In this document: one piece after another, positions 32,650 to 41,900 of the stretch
Position numbering within the stretch: the first letter of the stretch is position 1
How the letters are laid out: each line of letters begins with the position of its first letter
Source of the DNA: a virus
DNA: 64,000 nucleotides
Direction: 5' to 3' (one strand)
IMG/VR virus record: IMGVR_UViG_3300044678_003030
Location: 29,957 to 93,956 of that record
Made by a program: the position numbers and the translations under genes
The notes under the pieces: model-generated
The model's input: only the letters and a program-made list of their open reading frames with translations
What the model was told of the DNA's origin: nothing
Database searches by the model: none

Positions 32650-32657
32650 GCCGTGAA
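32645..32657. promoter_or_regulatory. TTCAC-N3-GTGAA site
   Basis: TTCACGCCGTGAA; contains the possible GTG start of the 933-aa gene. Confidence 0.85.
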
Positions 32658-32677
32658 CTTGGTGCGCGGAGGCTTGA

Positions 32678-34435
32678 TCAGCCCGTGGCGAGGAGCTCGC
32701 GCAGGCGAGAGTCGCGGTTGGACGGGGGAGCCGCGAGGATCTGCTGGAGTGCAGCGACCTTCTGCGACTCGGTCCAGCCGACCGGGAGCGCGCTGCCGTA
32801 GGCGGCGGCGACCTTGCTGAAGGACGCCATGTAGCTCGCGTCCGCAGCCTTCTTGTCTTCGCGCGCGACGACGTTGTCGGCGTTGACGAAGGGCACGCCG
32901 GCGCGCGGAGCCTGGACGACAGTCTCCGGGGTCGACGGTGCGCTCACGGGAGCCTTGCCCTGCGCGTTCTCGGCGTAGCCTGCGGGGCGCTGCTGCTTCT
33001 CCACCGCCGCGAGCTCGTCCGTCTTTGCGGCGTCGGCGACCGTGTTGGGGCCGTGCGGGGTGAGCGAGCCAGCTCCGGCGAGCTTGAGCTTCGAGGCGAA
33101 GGTCTGCGGGTTGCGACGCGCAGCAGCGGTCTTCGCGAACTCGGTCTTGACGAGCCACCGCGTCTCAGCCGAGGCGCACTTGGTGAGCGCATCGCGGTTG
33201 TCGGCGAACACACTGCGCAGGAGCGCGCTGGCGTCGGCGGCGGTCTTCGCGACGTGCGCGACGTGCGCGAGCACCTCCTGCCCCTGCGGGTGGTCCATGA
33301 GCCCGGCGACGGCAGCCTGGGACTCATCGTCCTCGGGGGCGAGGGACTTGAGCTTCTCCCAGATCATCTGGAGCAGCGCGGTCTGCTCGTCAGCGGGCGC
33401 CCCTTCGGCGGGCATGGGCGGCTCCGCGTCAGTCAGACCTTCGGCCGGGTTGCCGTCCCCGAACTCCGTGTCCTCACCACCGGCCAGCTTGTTGCCGAGC
33501 GCCGCAGCGGCGAGCTTGGTCGCCTGCCGCTCCGCCTTGTAGGCGTTGTAGTTGACGCTCGCGACCTTGGCGTACTCGCGAGCGGTGCTCGCGACAGCCG
33601 GGACCTGCTTGGCGATCTGCTCGTCGGTCGCGATCTTGATCAGCCGATCCGCGAGGAAGCCGATCACACCGGCCTGCGGCGCCTTGCCCATGGACGCAAC
33701 CTTGACGAGCGCGTCCTGGTCCTCCTTCTTGAGCGTCGCCATCGCGGCCTTGACGTGCGCGTCGTTGAGCGCCGCGAACACGGGCGTCATGAACCCAGCA
33801 GCGGCGACCTTGGCCACGCGCTCCTCCACACCGGCCTGCTTGAGCCCCACGTAGAGGCGCTCGGCGGCGGCCTTGGCGCTCTGGTCAGTGAGCGAGTTCG
33901 CGATCATCGGCGAGATCTCTGGCCGGGCCGGGTCAGCGATTTCCTTGGGGCCGGTGATGCCAGGAGCAGGGAGAAGCGTGTCGGCGCCCTGCGGCTGCTC
34001 GGCGTAGCCGACGGGGCGTTGCGAGATCTCCAGGGCCGCCATCGCGTCTGTGTTGGCCGCGTCGATCAGCGTGTTGGGACCCGCCTCGGTGAGCGATCCG
34101 GCGCCCGCCTGCTTGAGCATGCGGTCGATCCAGAAGTTCGAGGCGGCGCCAGCGCGGCCACAAAGGTCTTCGACCGAAGCCGTCTTGGTTCGGCCTTGCG
34201 GCGCGTGACCCATCTTCGAGAGGTTGGTTGCAGCCTCAATGAGGCGAGCCTCGATCTCCAGCGCCGCCTCCTTGGGGAGCAGCTCGGTGACGATCTCGGG
34301 GCCGCTCCACTCCTGGGAGATCTGCTCGATCGCAGCGGCGGCGACCTTCTCGTTCGGCCACCCCGGGTGGCGACCTGCGTCACTCGACGCTTCGTTGATG
34401 CCGGTGATGAGAGTACGGATCGCGAGGTTGCTCAT
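32678..34435 (-). CDS. K-x-A-rich internal head protein with duplicated ~43-aa module
   Basis: About 20 K-x-A motifs; GAGSLT..GPNT..DAA.TD..AA.E..QRP.GYAE..QG twice. Confidence 0.7.
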   Translation of the reverse strand: MSNLAIRTLITGINEASSDAGRHPGWPNEKVAAAAIEQISQEWSGPEIVTELLPKEAALEIEARLIEAATNLSKMGHAPQGRTKTASVEDLCGRAGAASNFWIDRMLKQAGAGSLTEAGPNTLIDAANTDAMAALEISQRPVGYAEQPQGADTLLPAPGITGPKEIADPARPEISPMIANSLTDQSAKAAAERLYVGLKQAGVEERVAKVAAAGFMTPVFAALNDAHVKAAMATLKKEDQDALVKVASMGKAPQAGVIGFLADRLIKIATDEQIAKQVPAVASTAREYAKVASVNYNAYKAERQATKLAAAALGNKLAGGEDTEFGDGNPAEGLTDAEPPMPAEGAPADEQTALLQMIWEKLKSLAPEDDESQAAVAGLMDHPQGQEVLAHVAHVAKTAADASALLRSVFADNRDALTKCASAETRWLVKTEFAKTAAARRNPQTFASKLKLAGAGSLTPHGPNTVADAAKTDELAAVEKQQRPAGYAENAQGKAPVSAPSTPETVVQAPRAGVPFVNADNVVAREDKKAADASYMASFSKVAAAYGSALPVGWTESQKVAALQQILAAPPSNRDSRLRELLATG

Positions 34436-35397
34436 GCGGGGTTCCTTTGCGGAGAGTAGTCTAGGCGAGGATGGGAATCTCCCGTGGGCGCAGGGGCCTT
34501 GGACAGGAGCTTACGCCCACCATGAATGGCGGCGCCGGAGAGGAGTAGCGCGCTTACGGGGTTCTGCTTCACGGCATCGATGACAAAGCCTTTGAGATCT
34601 GCCGTCTTCGGGGGAAGCATCTGCTGCACGGGTTGCTGCACGGGTTGCTGCACGGGTTGCTGCACGGGTTGCTGCACGGGTTGCTGCGGGGCCTTGGGAT
34701 CGAACTTCGACCCAACCCACTGGCCGAGCTGCTGGATCGGTTGCTGAATCAGGACAGCTCCGGGGATACCGAGGCGCGAGGTCAACGGTGCTGCGGCGAG
34801 CCCGGCGACCATGCCACCGATGTTGCGCCCAAGGTTGGTTCGGCCCTGGCGCGCGATACGGGCGGCGTTCATTGCAGGCCCGAGCAGGCCCAAGGCCGTA
34901 CCGAGCGGGTTGCCCCGGGGGACGTAGAAGTCACGCGCCATTCCCAGGTAGCCCTTTTCCCGAAACTGACGGTCGAGGGCGAGCGGCGAGCCGAAGACGT
35001 TTTCCCTGAGCCCTTCGCCGACGACATGTCCGACGTTTTTGGCCCACCCGCCAAAGCCCTTGCCGTATCCTATCGCGGCAGGCATGAACGAGGCGCCGTT
35101 CGGTTGGATGACCTTGCCATCCATCTTGAAGGCGCGATTCTCCGGCATTCGCATCACGGGTTGATGTGCGCCGTAAGCCTGCATTCCGAGGATGTGCTTG
35201 CCAAAGAAGTTTGGCTGGAAGAATCCGTCTTGTGTGGACCCGGCGAGACGGTTGTGGAGGAACCCTGTTGGGGCCTGCACCTCGGGGGTGCTGTGGAACG
35301 GCAGTCCGTGCTCGTCGAATAGAAAGCGGCCAAACCCCTTGGCTTTTGCCACCACGTCGTCGACGACCGCTGCCTCTTTCACGCCGTGAAATGTCAT
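34432..35397 (-). CDS. Hypothetical protein with hydrophobic segments and QQPV repeats
   Basis: VKEAA, PKTAD; QQPV x5. Confidence 0.65.
   Translation of the reverse strand: MTFHGVKEAAVVDDVVAKAKGFGRFLFDEHGLPFHSTPEVQAPTGFLHNRLAGSTQDGFFQPNFFGKHILGMQAYGAHQPVMRMPENRAFKMDGKVIQPNGASFMPAAIGYGKGFGGWAKNVGHVVGEGLRENVFGSPLALDRQFREKGYLGMARDFYVPRGNPLGTALGLLGPAMNAARIARQGRTNLGRNIGGMVAGLAAAPLTSRLGIPGAVLIQQPIQQLGQWVGSKFDPKAPQQPVQQPVQQPVQQPVQQPVQQMLPPKTADLKGFVIDAVKQNPVSALLLSGAAIHGGRKLLSKAPAPTGDSHPRLDYSPQRNPA
34622..34687. repeat. 12-bp tandem repeat TGCTGCACGGGT x5.5
   Basis: Directly visible; encodes QQPV on the minus strand. Confidence 0.95.
35378..35390. promoter_or_regulatory. TTCAC-N3-GTGAA site
   Basis: TTCACGCCGTGAA. 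Confidence 0.85.
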
Positions 35398-37199
35398 CAG
35401 TAGGTACCGTCCAGCCCCTGCCGCAGTTCAGCGCCGAAAGCGTAGGCAGGCACAGGGTGAACCCCGTGGATGTTCGAGCCGAGGCCCTCAGAAGCCGCGC
35501 GCGAGATTGTACCCTTGAGACCTCGGTGTGCGAGGAGGGCGAGCCAGTCGTCATCCAGCAGCGGGTTTGTCGCCAGAGGCTTCATGACGTGTTCGATCTT
35601 CGGCATGCTACGGCTGACGAGTACCTCTCGGATGCCTTTACGGCTCAGGTCGTTGGCGACTGACGGCGTGATGCGGGTACCGAAGGTGTAATGGAACACC
35701 TCTTGGCCTAGCACCTTCCCGATGGCGTCAGCCAAGGGAACACGAGACACGTCTTTGGCGTAGGTCTCTCGGAGGCGGTTGTAGTTGACCACGTCGCCCT
35801 TGATCAGCTCCGGGTGCGATGGGTCTTGCTCGGAGATGCGGACGTGGTTCAGAACGCTCTTGGCGAGCAGTTCGAAGTGGCGCCTGTCCATCGACACGCC
35901 TTCGTTCTTGTAGACCCCAGCCAGCGAGTTCACAAGGTTCTCCCGAGACGCCCCAATTCCCTTGTAAAGCGTCAGCTTGGCAGGGTGCGGAACTCCGTCT
36001 GTCAGGGAATCACCAGCCTCCACGTGCTGGCCAACCCTCACTTTTACGGAGAGCTCGGGCTGTGAGTAGAGCTTCTCCTTGTCCACCCACACGAAGTGAC
36101 CGCCTTGAGCCGCAGGTTCGATCTTCGTCACGACACCGTCGGCCGGCGCGAGGGTTGCTTCGTGCGCGAACGCCTTGGGGATCTCCAGGAGCTGTCGCAC
36201 TCCCTTGAGCCCCTGTGGGTTCAAATTGCGCTCACGAATCGTGAGCACCGCGTGCTTGGACCCGAGGGCCATCTGCGTAAGCGGCTCGGCGAGCGCATGC
36301 GCAGTACGGATTCCGACGTTCGTCCCAATGGAGTGGAGCTTGCCCTTTTCGTCGAGCCCCATGCACATCTGGCAGACGCCCTGCGTTGCCGTACACGTCA
36401 TAGGGCTGCGTACGGTGAAGTCGACGTCGTTCGCAGCGCGGAACTGCTGAACGACGCGCGGAGTGATCAGGGTGTTGCGCGGGATCTTGTGCTCAGAGAT
36501 GGCAAGGTATCGATCGATCGCGTGTTGATCATCGACGTGCAGGAGGACGCCGTTTTGCGTGCCACAGTCATGCGCGGTGACGACCTTGGAAGATGTGTTG
36601 GCGATGAGGAGCTTTGCCATCTCACCGGGTTGAGACACAGAGACGACGGACGCGACGTTGTTGGCGCGTGCTTCAGGCGCGACTTCCCAGTACTCAGCCG
36701 GCGAGAGACCCTCGGCATAGGAGTGCCGCACAAGGAAGGAACCGATGCCACGCCCAGGCAGGTTTGACGCGAGAGGGGTCGCGACGATCTTCATGAGCTG
36801 AGACGGGTTGCCGCGTGCCCCCGAGAGCGCCATGTGAGTCATTGACCCGGGGTGGCTCTTGGTCTGCGCCAAGAGCTGCGTCTGTGCTCCGATGACGAGC
36901 TTCTCCCTCTTGGTCGGGTCCTTCTCCGCAGCCAGAGCGTCGGCGACGTTGTTCATGATCGCGTCGCGCTCTTTGTAGAGCGGCCTTACGTCAGACACGC
37001 CGACGGTGATGCCTTCCAAGGTCGCGATCTCGTCGCCGCGCTTCTTGAGCTTCTGGATCGTCTCGACGTACTTCTGCGGGTCGGACTTCGCGAGCCCTAC
37101 GACATGGTCATGAAGCTGCCGCTGGGTCATCGGCCCTGAGACCTTGTACCCATCGGGCAACACGTTGTTGACCAGCAGATGTCCAATTGTTGTGGGCAT
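35397..37199 (-). CDS. rpoC: Phage multisubunit RNA polymerase, beta' C-terminal part
   Basis: SGARGN, SYAEGLS..EYW, DCGT, RSPMTC..GVCQMC, VGI..A.ALAEPLTQMAL..H (trigger loop), QGL..V..LLE, RHFELL; start 37199 or 37220. Confidence 0.9.
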   Translation of the reverse strand: MPTTIGHLLVNNVLPDGYKVSGPMTQRQLHDHVVGLAKSDPQKYVETIQKLKKRGDEIATLEGITVGVSDVRPLYKERDAIMNNVADALAAEKDPTKREKLVIGAQTQLLAQTKSHPGSMTHMALSGARGNPSQLMKIVATPLASNLPGRGIGSFLVRHSYAEGLSPAEYWEVAPEARANNVASVVSVSQPGEMAKLLIANTSSKVVTAHDCGTQNGVLLHVDDQHAIDRYLAISEHKIPRNTLITPRVVQQFRAANDVDFTVRSPMTCTATQGVCQMCMGLDEKGKLHSIGTNVGIRTAHALAEPLTQMALGSKHAVLTIRERNLNPQGLKGVRQLLEIPKAFAHEATLAPADGVVTKIEPAAQGGHFVWVDKEKLYSQPELSVKVRVGQHVEAGDSLTDGVPHPAKLTLYKGIGASRENLVNSLAGVYKNEGVSMDRRHFELLAKSVLNHVRISEQDPSHPELIKGDVVNYNRLRETYAKDVSRVPLADAIGKVLGQEVFHYTFGTRITPSVANDLSRKGIREVLVSRSMPKIEHVMKPLATNPLLDDDWLALLAHRGLKGTISRAASEGLGSNIHGVHPVPAYAFGAELRQGLDGTY

Positions 37200-37209
37200 T
37201 GAATGTGTG

Positions 37210-38037
37210 CTACCGAACAAATGCGTTCAGTTGTTGTACGTAGGAGGATTGTGGACCCGGCAGTCTGAGCGAAGCATCAAGCCGTGGCAGCGCCATGGCT
37301 TCGTTGCCAGGGGTCAGCCCCCGCCAACGTCCCAACTGCTTGGTCGCGGAGTCGACCGCGACTTGACGCTTCGCTGCGCTGGCGAGTGCGGGGGCTGCGT
37401 TGACCGCTTGCGTGGCTTTCCCGATCCCGTCTGCCATGTAGTGTCGGAAGTTCAACAGCCGGTTTGTTGATACATCTGGGTTTTTTGCGCTGTTGAGAAT
37501 CTTGTTCTGAACCCAGGCGCTGCTGACGGCCGTCTTGGTTGTGCGCCCCTTCAGTTTGATGCCAAGCTGCTTGAGAAGCCCAGGAGCGACGACAGGGGCC
37601 GCAGCCTTGTTGAAGCCGAACACGCTTCGAAGTGACGCGAGCTTGGACGCCTCGACGTGCGAAGGTTCCTGATTCGGGATGTTGCTCGGAAGTGGTGCGG
37701 CGTACGCAAAGAGCTGCCGTGGTGTGTTCATCCCGCTGTAGACTCCGTAGCCGAGACCCGCGAGGCCGCCGATAACGCCGCCGAGGTCTTTGCCTGCCGG
37801 GTTGTCGAGGAGGTTGCCGAGGGCCATTCCCGCCCCAACGCCTGCGGGTGTTGCGAGCGCAGAGACTCGTGCGCCGCGCTTGAACTTCTCCCACGCCGTA
37901 GGGTTCGACATCATGACCGTAATCAGCCGTCGATCCTCCGGCGTGCCGGGTTGATCCTCGTACCCATGTGTTGACGCAACCCCGGGCGGCACGTCATTGG
38001 CGGTCTTCGTGAAGCCGAATACGATGTCGAGGTTCAT
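37210..38037 (-). CDS. K-x-A-containing protein with Gly-zipper module
   Basis: VFGFTKTA, SKLAS, VFGFNKAA, TKTA; probable start MNLDIV. Confidence 0.55.
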   Translation of the reverse strand: MNLDIVFGFTKTANDVPPGVASTHGYEDQPGTPEDRRLITVMMSNPTAWEKFKRGARVSALATPAGVGAGMALGNLLDNPAGKDLGGVIGGLAGLGYGVYSGMNTPRQLFAYAAPLPSNIPNQEPSHVEASKLASLRSVFGFNKAAAPVVAPGLLKQLGIKLKGRTTKTAVSSAWVQNKILNSAKNPDVSTNRLLNFRHYMADGIGKATQAVNAAPALASAAKRQVAVDSATKQLGRWRGLTPGNEAMALPRLDASLRLPGPQSSYVQQLNAFVR

Positions 38038-38041
38038 CAGG

Positions 38042-38989
38042 TCACCAGTCGAATGGTACAGGGATCGTGGCTTCGATCTCAGATCCACGGCTTCCGGCCT
38101 CGCCACGCCTCTTGCGCAACACCGACTTGGCCTTGCCGTTCTCGTCGAATCCGAAGTCTGTCTTCTGTAGCACGTCGATGAGCGGCTGGAGCGGGTCCGC
38201 TGCGCTGGTCTTCACCGCGTGAAAACCGAAGACTTCATCGAAGGAAGCCAGCTTCGCCGGAAGTTGCAGGGGTTGGGTACGCGCTTTGACTCCGAGCAGT
38301 GCCTTCGTCTCAGGGTCTAGCTCGGCTTCGACATTGTCCGCCGTGGACTTACTCCCCAGGATCTGTCCCTTGAGGTAGTAGCCGAGCCCAGGGATTCCTT
38401 CTGTGACGACGTGCGGCAGTCCTTGGATAAGAGCCTTGGTTTTGCCAATGCGCCGTGCCAGCATTGTCGCCGCTGGGTGGGCGTCTTCGTGCATCGTCCA
38501 GTTGTCGCCGTGCGAGTGGAGATGAAAGAGGTTGTCCGGGTGCCTGTACGTCCTGAACTCGTCCTGTCCCTTTTCAGGCACTGCAATCAGGACAGACTCG
38601 AACCCGAGGTTTTGGACGTCATCTCGCGAGATATGGCTCTTGGGGATGAGCACACGCTTGTGCCCGGTACCCGCGTAAACACCCTTGGTGCGAAGAAGAT
38701 TCGCGTAGTTGTCGAAGCGGGCCTGAACTTCAGGTGAAACATCGGCGAGCTTCTCGGGGTTCGCCCTAGCAGCGTCTTCGAACTTCCCCTTGAGGTCGTA
38801 GAACCCCGGCGAGGGGTCCACGTAGAACCCCCGTCGCTTCATCTTTCGGCGAGTCTCAACAGGCTGTCCCGCTGCGAGCTTGCAGACGAGGGTACTGGCT
38901 TCGTAGGGGTGCACGCTGGAAGGGTAATGCAGGTCAGCCGATTTCGACGGGGTCGTCGACTTTGACTTCGCCGCGACGCCATGCCGCAA
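38042..38989 (-). CDS. Hypothetical protein with His-rich motif
   Basis: FHLHSHGDNWTMHEDAHP; CKLAA, EKLAD, AKLAS, VFGFHAVKTSA; start uncertain. Confidence 0.55.
   Translation of the reverse strand: MRHGVAAKSKSTTPSKSADLHYPSSVHPYEASTLVCKLAAGQPVETRRKMKRRGFYVDPSPGFYDLKGKFEDAARANPEKLADVSPEVQARFDNYANLLRTKGVYAGTGHKRVLIPKSHISRDDVQNLGFESVLIAVPEKGQDEFRTYRHPDNLFHLHSHGDNWTMHEDAHPAATMLARRIGKTKALIQGLPHVVTEGIPGLGYYLKGQILGSKSTADNVEAELDPETKALLGVKARTQPLQLPAKLASFDEVFGFHAVKTSAADPLQPLIDVLQKTDFGFDENGKAKSVLRKRRGEAGSRGSEIEATIPVPFDW
38211..38223. promoter_or_regulatory. TTCAC-N3-GTGAA site
   Basis: TTCACCGCGTGAA. Confidence 0.85.
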
Positions 38990-41900
38990 CGGCTTCGGCC
39001 TCAGTCTTGAATCGACGCACAGGTTGCGCCTTGTTGGGCGTGTACTTGAGCGCGTGCGTGATCCCGATGATCGCCTCGTGCTGCGGAAACGCCATCAGCT
39101 TGTTGGGCGTCTGGTCGGAGAGCAGCAGGTGGGACATTGTCATGCGCTTGGCGTCGTCGATACCTGCGCGGGTGAGCGGTACGTGAACCTGAAGGGTGTC
39201 ACCGTCGTAGTCCAGGTTGAAGCCCTTCTCCACGAAGGGCGAAACCCTGATCGTCTTCCCCATCGTCGGCTGTGCGTACGCGGCGACGATGCCGAAGCGG
39301 TGGAGCGTCGGCGCGCGGTTCAGTAGCACAGGCCGCTCCTTGGTCTCTTCCACGAGGCATTGCTTCGCAGCAGGCGCCCGCTTGTCGACGAGCTCTCGTG
39401 CGTGAAGCGCGCTGTAGCCCTTGCGCACCAGTCGAGCGACCAGGAGCTTGTCGAACATCTGCCAGAGCATGTCTTCAGGCAGGCTCACAGCGTCCATGTG
39501 CAGGTTGCCGTCAGGCACCGCCGTACCACGGCCAGAGACGTCTTGCTGCCTCTTCATCAGCTTGCGCTGGAAGAAGCCACCCTTTGGTGACCCTTGCCCA
39601 GAGACCTGAGTCAAGAACCCCTTGACCTCCTCCTTCTGGAGCTTCTGGTCGTCGACGGTGTGGGTCCCGAACACGGCTCCAACGGCGTTGTAGAGCGCAG
39701 CCCGGTGCTTCGGAACGTCCGAGTCAAGGACGGCGTCCTTGACGGCGTCGTTCACGTCCATGAGATGCCCGTAGAGCTTGTTCGCATCGGCGACCATGAG
39801 CTGAGACGGGTTGTTCTTCTGCTGCGTGATCGGGCGGAAGATCGGCGGAATCACAGGCACCTTCGAGAGTACGTAGGCGTTCTCCGGTCGGAGCCCCTCG
39901 GCCTTGAGGGCGCGTAGGTACTTGATCTGCTTCACCGCGTTGTTCAAGTCGCTCGCCTTGAGCATCGGCAGCTTGCCCTCAAGCTCCTTGAGTTTGGCGT
40001 CGATGTTGATGCTCGCGAGCTCCTTCTTGATGTGCCCGCCGCCCTTCTCCTTGAGGAGGTCGGTGAACCGCTTCTCGGTCAGTCCGAGGAGGCGCCGAAT
40101 CGGCTCCTCAAACACCGGGTTGGGCATGGCCTCGTGAAGGTCCACGTGGGAGTAGAGCGTGCCCTCGGTGCCGCCCGTGAGGAAGGGGTCAAACAGCCCG
40201 CCCTTTTCGGGCTTGAGGTTCTTGGCGATGAGGGTCTTGCTGTTTTGCACAGCACCCGAAGAGCGCGCCATGATGTCAGCGTCCGTCGCCGGCAGCAGGC
40301 GGAACTTGGAGCCATCCTTGCGGACCTTGACTCCCGCGCCTTCGAGCATCGCCTGGAACTTGTTGAAAGCGAACGACGGACGGTTCGCCGGGAGGGGCTG
40401 TCCGAGCTGAATCGCGCGCCAGAACGCCTCGTTCTTCTGCCCTCGGATGTTGGCGGCGTCGGAGAGCATTCCGCGTGCGTTGTGCGCCAGCAGCGCATCC
40501 ACCTCCATCTTGCCGAGGCCCTTGGCGCCTTCTTCGCCACCCTGCTTGAGGGGCTGCTCGTTGGCGTCGTAAGGGCCGACACCGTGGCCCGCGAAGTTTG
40601 TGTCCGTCGACTTGAAGAGCTTGAAGATGAAGCTCCGACCCACGAACACACCTTGTCCGTCAGGGCCGACGATCTTTCGGCCGCTCACAGGGTCGTGTAC
40701 GTGTTCGTACCCGCTGACGTTGTGCTCCTTGGCGAGCCTCTCGACCCAGTCGATGGCGTTCTCGGACGACGCGTTGTCGAAGAAGATCGGCTTCTTGGTC
40801 TTCTCCGCGATCTTACCCGCCAGAGCCTCGTGGAGCTGCGCCGGGTTGATGCGGGAGACCACGCCCGCGCTCGTCATCAGTAGCTCAACAGGATTGCCTG
40901 CGGAGTCTTTGATCATCTCCTTGTCGGAGACGATCTTGGCGACCACGCCTTTCCCGCCGAAGCGGTTCGCCAGCTTGTCGCCGACCTGCATCTGCTCGTG
41001 GGTCTTCACGAGGACCGCGATCTGCGTCGGGGTACGCACGACGTCGACGACTTCTCCCTGCGTCCCATGCTCCCAGGACAGGGAGACTTCCTGCCAGGGC
41101 TTGGTGAGCGTCTTGGAGATCTTGCCGAGCATCAGGTCGGTGCCGGTGACCTGTGCCTTGGCGAGTCCTGCGACGAGGAGGTCGTGGTGGTTTACCTTCG
41201 CCCCCTTCTTCACGACGCCGGTTTCGTCGAGCTGCGCATACTGCGAGGGTTGGTACTTCGCGCCGAAGTAGACCTTGTGGCGCTTCGCCGAGAGCTCGAT
41301 CGTCGCGTTGAGCGGAAAGACCTCGCGGTACATGTGCTCGGAGGTCATTCGCTTGGCGAAGCCCTCGCTGATCACCACGGCGTCGTTGGAGTTCAGCCCG
41401 TAGTAGGGCATGTACGCGACACGCGCGTTGAGCCCTGACGCGAGCGTGCCGTTGCGCGTGAAGTTCGAGTCGCCGAGCATCTGCCCCATCTCGACGGTGT
41501 CGTTGGCCTTCACCGAGAGGGTGTGGTGCAGGCGCGTCTTCGAGGGGAAGGGGAAGTTGTCGCTGTAGGGGACCTTGATGAGCTCACGCTCGCGACGGGC
41601 CGCTTCTTTCACCGAGTGAACCTCGGCCGGGCTCGGGTTTTCCCACGGGGCGTAGCCGTGCATAAACCACTCACCGAGCGAACCCGTATTGAGATCATCA
41701 AGGCTGTCATCATGCGTAAGCTGCGGGGGCAGGACACCGTACACCACATCAGCGGCTAGCCGGGGGAGACGCTTGCCGGCAGAGGCCAACGCACCATCCG
41801 CGCCAGGGTAATTGAACATGTACCGAACGTCGCGCCCGGCCAGCCCTGCGTTCATTGCGGCGTGGTTTGCCCAGATGCGCCCGTAGCTCGCCGTCTTCGA

